A DNA stretch of 62,646 nt, taken from Octopus bimaculoides. Taxonomy: Eukaryota. Below, one piece after another: positions 37,095 to 50,808 of this stretch. Where the stretch lies: positions 63,683,061 to 63,745,706 of the forward strand of contig NC_068993.1 of NCBI RefSeq assembly GCF_001194135.2. Reading direction: 5' to 3'. Each line of letters begins with the position of its first letter. The first letter of the stretch is position 1. The translations under genes were made by a program, and so were the position numbers. The notes under the pieces were generated by a model. That model was given only the letters and a program-made list of their open reading frames with translations. It did no database searches and was not told the origin of the DNA.

Positions 37095-38020
37095 GTGTAC
37101 ATAGGAATGTCTTCTGGTCCGAAAGGTAATTAGGATTAGCTAATTTTTACGCGGTTGAGGTTGAAGAAGTTCGTTTTAAGCAGTTCTTGGTAGTTAAGGG
37201 AGTCTTACGGAAACCGAATTTATCATGGGTGTTGTTTCCAGGTGTTCCATTATCCAAGATTTTCTGTAAAAGCAAGTGTATTTACTATTGGGTATTTCAA
37301 AGAGGTAGGAATAAGAACATACTTGAATGGAAAAAAAAAAATCAGTGGATGTCTTTCCCAATATAACCATTATTGATGTGTCTACGTTCTCTGGTCTGCA
37401 GAAGATTGGAAGTGTAATTGGCATATAAACAAACTATGGAGAAGCAGAAGAAAATACAGAACACAATATAAAAAGTATATTGTTTATGGAACGCCGAAAT
37501 CTTGACAAAATGGTCGTCCGAGTTACGCATTTCTAGTTATCGAATGATTATCATTGAGAAAATAACGAGACAGAAAAATAATCTCAAGGAAATGTATTGG
37601 TCGGTTATCATTGGTTTCTGTGTGTATAGCTTTGAGTATGTTTGAGTCTTTCTGGCGCTTTTCCTCAGCTCTCTTTTCTCTGTCTATGTATGTACATAGC
37701 TCTCTCTCTCTGTATATATATATTTGTGTGTGTTCATGACAGCCACAAATTTGTTTATCCATTATACACCGTATTCACACTTCAATGAATACTTATTTTT
37801 ATTTACGATTTTTATTTCAGTAATACATCGATACGCCCATTGATTTCCTCATTATTATTCATAGAATTTTAATATTTTCAAATGAATTTCTTTGCACGAC
37901 TGTACTTCTACACCTGACAACATCCCATTAACTTATTTCTCCTGACAGGTTTCTTTCTTTCTCTCCGCCCCCTATCTCTCTCTTTTTCTCTATACACACA
38001 TGTATATATGTATGTGTGAG

Positions 38021-38087
<67 letters not shown>

Positions 38088-38776
38088 GCGCGTGTGTGTG
38101 TGTATTTGCTCGAAGCACAGATCAGAAAAACAGCCGACAACTGATGAAAGGTCGTTGTTTGTCTTGTTTGTCTTGTTTTCCACCTGTTTCTTTCGTTGTT
38201 CACAAAAAAAGTTCCTATTCCATGTCCTCGTGCTTCGTATTTTTTGTTGTTTACGTTTTGTGTTTATGAACAGTTATGACTCGTAAAACAGAGGAAACAG
38301 CTCAAATAATGGCGGAGTCACTCTTCACACTAGAGACACTCTAGCGGTACACGTCGAGAGCATGTGGACCTTCGAGATAGCTTGACGTGCTAGACATAGC
38401 TCTGAAACTAAATCAAATCATATCCTATCACTTAAAACACACACGCACACAAAATATTTGGTAATTTAGTCCGTGATATGTTGTCACTAAAAGCAAGACG
38501 CTATGGCCTCAGCCAAAGCCACTACTGATCACGACTCTCCTCAGTCAAATGTAATCTGAGGTTACCTCACATCTCACACAGCAGCAACAGTAGCACCACC
38601 ACCACCACCACCACCACCAACGACTACAATAGCAACAACTATAGTATGCTTTTTAGTTCATAGATCCAGCACAATCACAGGTGCCGCTGCCATGGGTTAA
38701 ACAACGATAGCGCAATACATACATCGCTGGCCCCTAAAGCTTTTTTTATTCTCTCCCTGTTTATTTCCTCGTGTTC

Positions 38777-38812
38777 CTTTCTGTTGAAGAGCGTCGGCTC
38801 GAAACATAAAAG
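38777..38812 (+). ncRNA. Degenerate hammerhead motif
   Basis: CTTT-CTGTTGA-A-GAGC-GTCG-GCTC-GAAAC-ATA-AAAG. Stems I and II are intact, but the core has A6>U and stem III pairing is lost. Confidence 0.45.
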
Positions 38813-38868
38813 TCTTTCTCACCTTCCCGAGCGTTAAATACACCTGTCTTCGTTTTTCTGTAAATTGC

Positions 38869-38929
<61 letters not shown>

Positions 38930-38954
38930 TGTATGTATGTATACTGTTCTATAC

Positions 38955-39860
38955 TGCGCTTATTGAAATTAGATATGATGATTATAACGAGTTTTTGATG
39001 TCTGTGTGATATGGATGACTTGGTGTGGACAATATAGCTAATGTTGAATATTGACACAAGTGGCTGGTGACTGAATGGAGAATTTGTTGTTGAAAACTAA
39101 TGAGGTGGAGTGTAGAGAAGTTTGGAGAGAGTTAACAGGTTTATAGAGTGAATTTAAGAGACAAACCTCATCTATCATTACATTGAACGCCACGAACAAG
39201 TCATTGCTCTCAACTACAATAACATCAACAACATGTTTATATACCCTGTATAATATATCGTGCTTATTGAAACTAGATATGATGAAGATTATAATTTCTT
39301 GATGTCGGTGTGATATGGACGACTTGGTGTGGATTATATAACTAATGTTAAATATTCTGTGGTAGAAGCATTTAGACCAGGTCTTTGGTTTGAAAGGAAC
39401 TTTTCTTTCGTCGCATCATTCTCAGAAACACTGAAGGGCGAAATAGGCGCGTTCTTTCCTCCCATGACTTAGCGATGAACAAGTAAGAACTAAATTACAG
39501 AGGATTAAAAATGAGAGAGAGAGAGAGAAGGAGAGGGGGGAGAGAGTGGTAGGAAGAGAGTACAACCGGATTGTAGAGCAATGGCAGTGAGTGTTGGCTT
39601 GTAGAATTTATAAAAGGGTTTTAGAAAAGGTTAACAGCTGCTCAGCCCAATAGTATTATCTTAAATCGGATTCATTCGAACTGAACACGAAATCCGGCCT
39701 TATTCCAGCTGCAGAGCAAAACAATAAACTAGACGTCTATTTAGCTAATCACATCTGACTGCCTAATCCTTAACAACAATTGTTTCGCTAAACTCTAATA
39801 AACAGGCCGCCTGAGCATTTGTATTTCTTCTTAGTAACGTTGTTGTTATCGCTGTTTAAT
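38955..39860 (+). repeat. Local duplication, copy 1 (contains an internal repeat of its first ~130 bp at ~39235-39355)
   Basis: Colinear similarity to 42560-43520, e.g. GCTTATTGAAA.TAGATATGATG, GACTTGGTGTGGA, AATAGGCGCG, CCCATGACTTAGCGATGAAC, GATTGTAGAGCAATGGC, AAAAGGTTAACAGCTGC. Confidence 0.85.
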
Positions 39861-42559
39861 TCTAAGACATCCATGTTCCATTCTAAGACATCCATGTTCC
39901 GAAGAAAAGCGTTCCATTTGAGCTCGTACCCACTCTTACTTCTTTGTATATATCGGACTAACTGCGTTGCTGAATATATTTTGTAAGTTGGTAGCATGTG
40001 ATTTTTAGCGTGCTTTAGCTGTTATTACTTGCAGATCGAGTGACCACTTATATCTTCTCTTGTTGGCTTGTACCTTTGATTTCACTGATTGAAGACATTT
40101 CCACAATCTGTACAATGATCTCCATTCCAAAAATGCCTTGTAGAGACTGAAATGGGCAATCAATGAAACTGTCGTAGAATAACACGTAACCCGTCCAGTT
40201 GGTGATAAACAAATCGATACTTCGAGTAAGAGCAGCACAAATAGTTCTGTATTAAAAGCATTGACATGCAGAAAACCGTAAAGGAACGAATCTATGAGAA
40301 TGTGTCAAGATGGTCACCTGACATGCACAAATTAGTAGCCGAATTTTTCTCTCAAATTACACCCCTTCTTAAATAAAAAAAAGGAGACTTATGTATTTGG
40401 GATAACGTTGTTCTTAATACGTTATATCTTTGATGAAATCCTGAATGAAAATATATCTTCTTAGTTCAACTTGTTGACTGAGGAGCCTAAGTCTAGCTCA
40501 AAATGTCGATCCGAACTTTTCTGTTTTGTCATTAAGAAATGTAAATAGGATGAGCACGACTTCAAAGTCTGTGCCCTTTTAGGGTCGAGTTGTAGCCAAA
40601 CAATAACAACAGCAACACTCACCCCATTACCATCCTGCAAGGAAGCTGCTGCTTTGAACGGGGCCCAATCATTCAGGAGTAAAGTCTGTATCAGTGATTC
40701 CACTTGGAAAGGATGACCTGTCGTTGATCACAACTTGACGTGGTGCGTAATGGATATTATTTATATATATTTTAAATATTTTATAGTTTAGTGTAGGAAG
40801 AAAGGGTAGTGCCCACGATGTTTTTCAGAGCCTCTTATATTGGCTGGAAGGAAGAAAGTATTCTTAAAAGCGAAACCGGCCCCAATGTTTGTAACAGAGT
40901 AAACTTCATGAGAGGCCCATAAGTTGCGAGTGACCTATTATCTACTAAGAGTGCTATAATCATTCTGTTTCTGATTTATATCCATCTGTTTGCTTCTATT
41001 AAAATCTCTCTCACCGAGCTATTTATTATTCCCCAGCTCTTACTAAATTACAGCGGCCAGACTTAAAACCAGCTACACGACTACTTTCGATTTTCCTTTT
41101 ACATTTTCCTCTGTAACATTTTCGAACATTCTCCTTAAACAAAATTCAGTCATTCCTCGTTTACATATATCTTTCATTCGTTTACTCATTAAACATTTTC
41201 TCTCTCCTTCTTGTTATAGTTTACTTCCGGACAGACACGTATCAGAATGATTTCTGTAGTTTGGGTTCTTCTGTCTTGTACTTTATAAATGCCTAAGATA
41301 TAAATGCTGTTTAAACTCAGGTCTTTCCAGGTCGAATCAGTCCTATGACTATAATCAAATGTATTTGACCCATGATTATCTTGTCGTTTAGTTTTCAAGA
41401 AAAATAATATATTCTAGGCTGTTTTATCCAATATACTTTTAATGATTGTTTGAGACAGCTCGAGTGACATTTGGCTGGTCTTTCAATCAGGTCAGACGTC
41501 CAGGTAGAATCACGAGTCTGTTAATGTTAATGTAAACCAGATTAAAACATTGCAGTGGATGATTCTTTGTCCTCCAAGACAGTTTATGTGGACGACAACT
41601 GTGGAGGGACGAGACAAACATGTGCTGAGTGTCAGCGTATGTAGCTGTCAACGAGATAAGCTCAACCCGATGACGTTGAATTAGTTACAAGACACCAGTA
41701 ATGGCGACGGTGAATATCGACCTGAGTAATCTACCGTACAAGGCAGAAGAATGTCGGCAACAAAAATCGATTCTTGCATTCTCTGATATGCTTATCATAA
41801 GATATAATCTATTACGAATGAATGAGTGAATGAATGATTAAAAGAATAAATAAAGGAAAAACATATAAAATGAAGAAATGAATCTCTTGTTTACAGAGCT
41901 GCATAATTATTGTTGAGTTGTTTCGAACGATATCTTCCACATCACTCAATTTACATTCGAAATCCATTTGAAGTATGCAGCACCAACCTAATCAATTGAC
42001 CCATTCCCTCCCTCCACCACCACCGGAATGGATGTTATTGGAAAGTGCAAAACCAGGTGACTTTTTGCTCATGGTTTGTAGGGATACACGACATGCTGGG
42101 AAAAAGACAGTTTCAACATATCCCATTGAAACAGGTTCGCCTCTCTGATCTGCCGCCGACCTGATTTCACTCTCTTTGCATTTGTACACATCTTCCTGGT
42201 TAAACCAAATAAACTGAGCAGGGGTTTTTTGTGACCCCAAAAGGCCCTCACCATAAAGCATCAATCCTCTTTCCATTCATCTCACCTCAATTAATGTTAC
42301 AATTATCTTCTGCCGATTCATAGAAAGGCTGTCGTGATTTTCATTTTGATGAGGTGACTATTACGTCGGTAATGTGTTTTAATAGTGCAGCAATATGGAT
42401 GTTTCCGATACGAATGTATTGTTGAATAAATGTAAAACAGCGATCATCATTTCACACTCGGGTCTAAGATTAGTGATTGCTCGATATGGAGGTAAACAAA
42501 AACAACAACGGCAGCAATAACGCCCTCCCCCAACAACAACAACAACCGCAGCAGCAACA

Positions 42560-43520
42560 GCAACTACAATAACATCATGTTTATATACCCTGTGTAATAT
42601 ATCGTGCTTATTGAAACTAGATATGATGGAGATTATAATTTCTTGATGTCTGTGTGATATGGATGACTTGGTGTGGACAATATAGCTAATGTTGAATGTT
42701 GTCGCAAGTAACTGGTGACTGAATGGAGAACGTAGAACGGTAAGGAACGCAGCAGTTCTGTCGAAACGGCAAAAGCTAAAAGTATTTAGAAGAGAGTTTG
42801 TTGGTTGAAACTAATGAAGTGGCGTGTTGAGAGGTTTGGTGAGAGTGAATTTAGGAGGCAGATATCATCTATCATCACATCGAACGCCACCAACAAGTCT
42901 TTGGTCTCATTAGATGAGTGGATAAGGGTGAAGAAGCATAAAGACCAGATCTATGGTTTGAAATTAGCATTCATTTCGTCCCACCAGTCTCAGATGCACC
43001 GAAGAGCGTAATAGGCGCGTCCGTTCCGCCCATGACTTAGCGATGAACTTGTAAATACTAAATTACAGAGAATTAGAGGTTAGAGATTGAGAGAGAGAGA
43101 GAGAGAGAGAGGGGGAATGGGAGAGAGGAAGAAGGGGGGGAGAGAGAGAGAGAGAGAGAGAGAGTAGAATCAGATTGTAGAGCAATGGCGGTGAGTGTTG
43201 TCTTGTAGGATTATAAAACAGTATTATAAAAGGTTAACAGCTGCGCAAACCAAAGGGATTAAATCGGATTCAGCTGAATTGAACATGAAATCTGTCCTTG
43301 GTCTAGCAGCTGCCGGGAACTGCAATGCAAAATAATAAAATAGACATCTCCTTTGCTATCACATGTGCTGAATCCTTGAAATAAAAAATAAAGAAAAGAA
43401 AAAGTTGCACGGCTAAACACTGACAGACCGATCTCTCTGGCACACACACACACATACACACACGTACTTCTCTTTGTAACATTGTTGTTGTCTAATTCCA
43501 AATCAAACATGATTTTCGGT
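42560..43520 (+). repeat. Local duplication, copy 2
   Basis: Same ordered blocks as 38955-39860, including the (GA)n spacer. Confidence 0.85.
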
Positions 43521-45876
43521 CTTTAGAGTACGAAGAACCACAACAAAGAAATTCTCGTTCTATCCCAGTCCCCCAAACAGCACAAGTAGACATCACTTGC
43601 AAATGGGACGTCCGTGAAATTGTAGTAAAACTAAGCTAATTTGCGATTCAGCATTCGAGGTTGGAGTAAGTGCAACGAGTGCATTTTTCTGATCATAGCT
43701 TTTTCACCCAAAGCAGAAACTGTTTGGACCAATGAGCGAATTTCTCCTTGGATATTTGACTTGCTAAACGTAGCAGCCAAATACCTCGAAAGTCAGGCAT
43801 CTACGTCTGAAAGAATGATGCCGAAAGTCAGTATATTTTCTACTAAGCATCAGAAGTTGATTGAGATCGGTCCGAGTTGGACAAAGTATAGAATTACTTT
43901 AGTATCGGTGTTGAAAAGCATTACGATGTCATAAGCATTACGATGTAATACTTTTAATTATAGATCCGCTCGACTGAAATTGAGTTGGTGCTAAACAACA
44001 ACAACCACTTAACTACCAACAATAACAATAAAAAGGGTTGTTGGAAGGGAATTTCCACGGTAGGATTAGGTCTCACCAGTGAAAAGCAATGTTTTGCAAC
44101 TGTGACAACTACGAGGGATATATTTATTGTCGCTCAGAATTCGACCTATCATGGAGTGAGGGGCGGTGCATCTCTAAGGACTTGTGGGAAAAGGGAATGA
44201 GCTATCCTCAGCCCGCAGACCCAACCCCGATACTTGCTATAGAATGGATTCCTCGAAAGGTACCCAAGGGCCAGGTGGTAATATTATACCAGGTGAGGGA
44301 GGACGAAACCGACCAGCAATGCTCTAATACCGCAATTTCCTGTTAATCTTTGTTTATTTCCATTGTTACGTCGCCTACTGAGCTATTTATTATTCAACGA
44401 CTTTTACAAGGCAGTCACCAGTCTTGAAGACGATAATCGCTTGCTTTTTCTTTCTTTTTACACTCTCCTTGTGCAACTCACTAACATTTATATATCTCTT
44501 TGAATCACATTCATTCATTGACTCATTTTTTTTTATTCATTCGTTCATATTACATCTTTTCTTCAGACAAATAATGTAAAAATCGATTTCTCTCGGCTGC
44601 CTTCCATTGTCTCATAGGCTGCGTTGTTCTGGTCGATATCCGTTGCCATCACCGTTCTCTTTATCCGTTTCTCTGTAACTAACGCAACACCAGCAGAATA
44701 TGTTTATCTCATTGTCATCTACAGCATGTGCTTACCATTTCGACATTTTTCTGTCTGCATTTGTATCTAATGACAGTCTGGACGAGACACTTGTGGATTG
44801 TGTTTACAACAACAATGATTTTAGAGGCCCACGACTCAAGGAAAGGCCGTTTATACAGTGTCGTTCGTTTAATAACAACTAAATATTTTTCAGACCACGT
44901 CTTAACCTCTTAAAAAAATATACTTGCTGGATAATGGTGTTTGGAAAACAATACAGGATGGTCGTGACTTGACTGTCTTTGATCGTAGTACTTGATCCGG
45001 ACCGACTCGGAGATAAACGGCGATGACAACAACGACGGTGTCGATGAAGACAAGAGCAACAATAACAACAATAACAAATCGTACATTTTACGAACTTTAT
45101 GCATGTAATCAAGATTTAGCGAATGATTTAGTGAGTGTATGACTTATTGATACTCGCAAGATTACGTTTATGTTGAAAGTATGGAGTTGCAGCAAGGCAT
45201 TAGTTAACAAACGGAAACATTATTGACCCCACCGTCCACGAAACCAGTCATTTATTGACCCTGTCATTTACAGGTCTATCACACTAGATTCTAATACCTA
45301 ATAGGGGATGAGACATTCATAAACTCCCATCTCTTAGTACTTGCAGATTCTAGGCAGAGCAGCCAAATCCCTTCCAAATCACACTTTACTCTGTAAGAGA
45401 AGGAGAAAGACATTAGACAGTGCTTCTTCACGTTATATTTCCCTGATGTCTCAGTACCGAATCCTTCGAGTGAGTCTGGCACAAATAGGATTCTCCTAAG
45501 ATTCTCCCGGTTGTTTCTCACCACCAAATTCTCAGCTGACGAGAAATACATTCTTTAATTGCTTCTTCTCATCAAACCATATTTTATCTCTTCAGATTCA
45601 ACCGCGGATCAACCCTAGACATGTTCCCCACATTCATTCTTCGATAACCAAATTCAAATTTCTGTTTTTTTACTACCTCAACCTCCAGACAGTCACTCGG
45701 ATATGAACCTATCGCATCCAAGTATCTCTCTCTCTTTGTCTCTCTCTCTCTCTCTCTCTCTCGCACAAAGACATACTATTGCCACAAATATTAAGATATA
45801 ACTACATCACTTACTGTCAGCCTGGTTGAGATGTACAGGAACTGCGTGACTTGTCGACCTATAAAACAACCACCTA

Positions 45877-45910
<34 letters not shown>

Positions 45911-46614
45911 CATTTATGTAATATACCAGGTTGCACTTGAGCGCTACTGGTAACATGCAACCCACAACAACCTGTTGCATGGGTCGGGTCGACGGCAACT
46001 AAACTGTCAACTGCGTCGAGCTTACTTGGAGAGGACGGTGATTGTTGGACCGAATGCAGAATGAAATCCTTCAAAAAGGTGGAACATTGTGAGAAGGATA
46101 CGCTAATGTAACATCCATTAGACTGGCTGAGGCATATATTTAGCTACGGTTTGTCTTTGGAGCATTTAGTATTATTAGGGAGAGTCTTTGTAAAGCAAGT
46201 TGAACAAGACAAACTCTGCAACGACCTTTTTTAAAAGTTCACCTTTTACTCATTACTATGTCTTTTTCGTTCTTTTATATTTTATTTTGCAAATTCGTTC
46301 AAAGTTATTGGACCTTGATGTCTTTACGTGTATTACTTGTGTTGTTGTGTGTTGCTAGTTTTAACTAGCTTAGTGCCCATGTATATGTACTCCTTCAGTG
46401 TTAGTGGTGAGAAAAGTCATACTTGGTATGTATGGATGTATGTATGAACAGTATTTGTAGTCGATCTATTCGGTAAGTATTTGTCGAGTGAATCTTTTAC
46501 AGAAAACACCATCAAGCAAAAAGTCTGTAGTTCGTATTTATTTAGCAGCGTCGCAAGAGTCCGATGCAAAACCATATCTTGCTTTTTTCCTAATGTCATC
46601 CTACTGCAAATAAG

Positions 46615-46623
46615 TGCTATGAG
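46615..46623 (+). CDS. Candidate 9-nt microexon TGCTATGAG
   Basis: CTTTTTTCCTAATGTCATCCTACTGCAAATAAG| acceptor and GAG|GTGAGA donor. Frame-preserving length. Confidence 0.2.
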
Positions 46624-47435
46624 GTGAGACAGATACGAAGTTCAAAGTTGTAAACTGGAGGAACATAACAAAATATAGGAACTCTTTTGTTGCTTACAGT
46701 ATCGTGTTCAATATCTCTAATATATTTACGTGTCGTAAATTTTGCGAAATTTGAAAGGAAAAATCAGTTGTGAAATAATAAACGATTTCGTATGTAGACA
46801 CAGACTTGGAGTTTTGAAAAGAAATTGCGTTGACCTTTATGATGTTTCTTTCTGATGAACGTCTAACTGTTCCGAGTTGGAATCGAAACCGGCACGCGAA
46901 TTCGTCTGTAGCTGTCAATTCAACGAACAGTTTCTAGTTATACAACGTTAATGATTGTTTCTATAGATATTACCTAATTTTGTTGTTTCTGTGTTCTAAC
47001 TACATATGAAAAAGGAACGCGCTGTTGAAATATGACTTTGAATACATTGACCCACTACGGCGTTTGGAATGACAAAACACTCAGCTCAAGTTACTTGAGT
47101 TTCGTTGAACTGTGAGAGGTGGAAGTTACAACAGATGTATTGTGTCAGTATGTCTGCTATACAGTGAGATTTATTACTATCAGTTATCAACTCACAATCT
47201 AGTATAGTCAGCCAGCCGAAAAAAAAAAAAGAAATGAAAAAACAAACAAGACAAAAAGCAAATAAACTTGTATTATTAATGAATATAAAGGCGATTCTAG
47301 AGCAAATAGCAAGCTGCTGTTGAGTCACGACTCCTCTATAGACTTCTGTTAATACAGCTACAACTATTTTACTTCCTATGCCTCTAAACACTTTGCATAA
47401 CGAACCAACAAAAGTTTCTACCTGGCCAGCTCACC

Positions 47436-47486
<51 letters not shown>

Positions 47487-47799
47487 AGCTAAATCTCACT
47501 TAAATCACAAATTTGTTTGCAGGGTATGAGAATATACCAGTACTACCTTTCCTCCATTTAATTTTATCGATTTCGGAAGATGGAATAAAAAGTTGACCTT
47601 ACCTGAATTTGAACTCGGGACCATAAATCGCCGCCACTATATAAAATATGCGTTTTGTCTCGCTTCCTATCGAGTCTAGTAATTCCTCGCCTTTGTAACC
47701 ATTGGAATATTACGATAGGAACAGGTGCTACGCTGTGCTCGCGATCTACCAATACACTAAACTGTCACGGCCACAGAGTGAAATAGTTGAGATATGTCC

Positions 47800-48030
47800 T
47801 GTCTCAAGTTGTAGGTCATGGGGTCGGTTGAGCCGGTTTCCGTGATATATAAGTGACCCAGATGACAACATTCCTCTGGACGGCACACTGGCGCAAGGTT
47901 AAGCATTTATAGCGAAGTGGACTAAAGTAATGTGAACTGATGTGTTTTGCTCAAGAATACAATTCATCGCCCTTCCGGAAGTCGAAATAAAGATCTTGCA
48001 ATTGTGAATGCAACATTCTAATCAGCGGGT
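47800..48030 (-). mobile_element. Degenerate tRNA-derived SINE (related to family 'E')
   Basis: Minus strand GATTAGAATGTTGCATTCACAATTGCAAGATC...TTCGACTTCCGG...CTTGAGCAAAACACATC (tRNA head plus CORE-like block). Confidence 0.6.
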
Positions 48031-48502
48031 CATGCACTGTTGTGGCGTTGAAGACAACCCTCAACTTCTGGAGGAAATTAAGGGGATATTTTACTCCCTC
48101 TAAACCAATGTCTTATTCTGTCTCTAAGTTGTTGTTATCGAGAGAACAGTTCAATAACTAAAAGCCTTCTAGCCAGATCGTTTCGTTTTTTCTCCTTTTA
48201 GACACAATGTATCATTTAAAATTCGGCTGCCATTTCTTGCAGGTCGACTAAATACATAAAGTCTTCCTCAGAGTCGTTTCTTTCAATGTAAAATTACATA
48301 AAAAAAAACAAAAAAACTGGTGAGACTATTTCTCAGCGCACAACACCTCTTTTAAATCAATATGGTAACGGAATTAACGAATGAAAGATTATTCATTTGG
48401 TAGAGCATTGATGGTGGTATTGATATTTAAATTATGAAAAATTACATTGACTCGTAAATATTTTATTATTTGCATAAGTATAAAGTCTCTTATTTCAATA
48501 AA

Positions 48503-48841
48503 GTGGAGGCGCAATGGCCCAGTGGTTAGGGCAGCGGACTCGCGGTCATAAGATCGCGGTTTCGATTCCTAGACCGGGCGTTGTGAGTGTTTATTGAGCG
48601 AAGACACCTAAAGATCCACGAGGCTCCGGCGAACCCTACTGTACTCTTCCACCACAACTTTCTCTCACCCTTACTTCCTGTTTCTGTTGTGCCTGTAATT
48701 CAAAGGGTCAGCCTTGTCACACTGTAAGGGTACACGTGTCTGTGGAATGCTCAGCCACTTGCACGTTAATTTCACGAGCAGGCTGTTCCGTTGATCGGAT
48801 CAACTGGAACCCTCGACGTCGTAAGCGACGGAGTGCCAACA
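48503..48841 (+). mobile_element. Full-length tRNA-derived SINE (family 'E') with target-site duplication
   Basis: A box TGGCCCAGTGGTTAGG, B box GGTTTCGATTCC. Flanking direct repeat ATTTCAATA at 48492-48500 and 48842-48850. Confidence 0.88.
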
Positions 48842-49310
48842 ATTTCAATAGAGGTGACGTGATGTCATGATGCTCACACATTACTCCATTAGCTCTTTGC
48901 CCAGAGCTCCTGTCAGGTGTTGGAGATATAACCGATTCCTATGCGAGAGTCATAACATCGTGGAGAAGCAGTTAGACGTTGTGAACTCCATGCATTTTCT
49001 AACTTCATAATCGTCTTGAATGAAATTAAATTCTAACAAGAAATCAAACAAAAATAATAATTTTTCCCTTGGTGGGAAAGTGGTGCTGTGATGTTCAAGC
49101 ATTTCTTAAAGACATTAGCACAGTAAATTAACTGAAATGGCAAACGCATCCAAATTTGTAAGAGAACTGTGAAGCAATGTAGCATTGATGTCTTTCTAGC
49201 ATAGACATGAATGAAGCGAAATTGCTCCACACAGGAATTCAACTCGGCTTACAGTCACGGCAGGATTTGATATAAAATCTTCTATATTTTGGAATAATAA
49301 TAATAATAAT

Positions 49311-49460
49311 AACAACACACAAAGAAGGCCGGCGTCATCAAAATTGAAAATTGTGTAACTAAAGAAAAATTGAACAAAAAATGAAAAAAAGCATGGAAGG
49401 ATAAAAAATGTACGGTCAGTTTGCAAGAGATGTGAACGCCAAGACAGATACCTAACTACC
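49311..49460 (+). mobile_element. R4/Dong-type LINE fragment
   Basis: WKDKKMYGQFARDV motif, directly after an (AAT)n run. Confidence 0.55.
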
Positions 49461-50638
49461 TTTAAAAATGCAGGCTTATCAAATATCACCGATGCCTTTC
49501 TTAAGCTCCATGTCGAACCTGATACAGCGTGTATTCAATGAAAATTATTTCTGTCGTCATTATTCACTCATTTTCCTTGTCGTTTTTTTTTTTTTGGAGA
49601 AAATGTATCACTGTGTGATCTGAGGTAGTGTTGGTTACTATTTCTGTTAGTCGAATGACCGTGCATGAACTGCTAGACGTTATTGCGAAGTGTGAGTGAA
49701 AAATGGAAATCAAAAGAATTATTCTTCAGCAACATGACTGTTGGTAATAAAGAAATAAGCACTTAACTAATGCAGTTGCCTTTTACCGAACTAAACAATG
49801 GCATCATTTGATTTGGCAGAGGATTCCATAGGGGCCAAGAAAAAAGGGATTTTGTAAGGTCCTTACTTTCTCAGTGGTATTAGTGATGTGAGGGAAGTGA
49901 AATCACTTTCATTGAGTCTTCGTATTGAATTCGACTTCCTGAAAATTAATCCTTTGTTCAACTGAAGCGACCTGCTGGAAATTACAGTCAAATCTCTCTC
50001 AAATCACATTCTACCATCGTAAAAGGAACACACTGGATAATATTGTCTTAAATATAGTATGTCAAAAATAGACTTGTTAGTCATGACTGGAACGCTTTCA
50101 ATCATAGCCCTGCTCAGTTACACTTGGGTTAAACAACAACAAATAAGGAACTGTGATGCGATGACTTTTATTCCTTTCTCAGAGACTTTAAGACCTTAGT
50201 CAAATGGGGCTTTGCAATGGGGGTGGGATTTGAAACCGTGATACGCTGCCCACTTTCCAGTATCTTCTCGCACACTCAACGATTCTCTCCATCACAAAGT
50301 GTTTAAATAATTTCAATGCAACAAGACATCAAATTGTTTGTCGAAAAACATTTTTCCATAGATTTACTTCTGACATTTCATACAAGCAATCTTTGAAGTA
50401 TTAACCTTTCCGTTTACCCTTATCACTTTATGATATCTAATCTGGTTTTGTCATCCTTAATTAAAATGCTTATTTTACCATCTTGTATATTTATTTATTT
50501 TCGCATTTTTCAAAACAAATTGCTCGTAGGTAACAACGTCACGGAGTGTCTTAATAATTAGTAATCCCACTCCTGTCTTATCACAGAATGAATGAAATAA
50601 AATTAAATAAAATCGTCTTTGTATGATCGTTATTATCC

Positions 50639-50696
<58 letters not shown>

Positions 50697-50754
50697 GATG
50701 ATGTCCTGTTTCTTTATTCTGTTGGTGGGGTTATTTAACAATTCTTTTGTCCAG

Positions 50755-50808
50755 ACTGCAAAACCCTTTTGCTATCTTTCGCCGTCACGCCATTGTAAAG
50801 AAACTGAC
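50755..50808 (+). CDS. Candidate 54-nt exon, LQNPFAIFRRHAIVKKL(T) in phase 2
   Basis: TTTAACAATTCTTTTGTCCAG| acceptor and GAC|GTAAGG donor. Length divisible by 3, GC-richer than flanks, protein-like translation. Confidence 0.4.

Noticed and set aside
41992-42276. 94-aa minus-strand ORF of complex composition (LYGEGLLGSQKTPAQFIWFNQEDVYKC...)
   Set aside because: No recognisable domain and no convincing splice sites; ORFs of this length occur by chance.
46026-46068. Minus-strand 43-nt exon candidate with GTAAGC donor
   Set aside because: Open in all frames but has no supporting homology or partner exons.
50755-50808. Resemblance of LQNPFAIFRRHAIVKKL to the PDE1 N-terminal calmodulin-binding region
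   Set aside because: Short, gapped similarity from memory, and the conserved downstream PDE1 sequence is not in the window, so no gene symbol was assigned.
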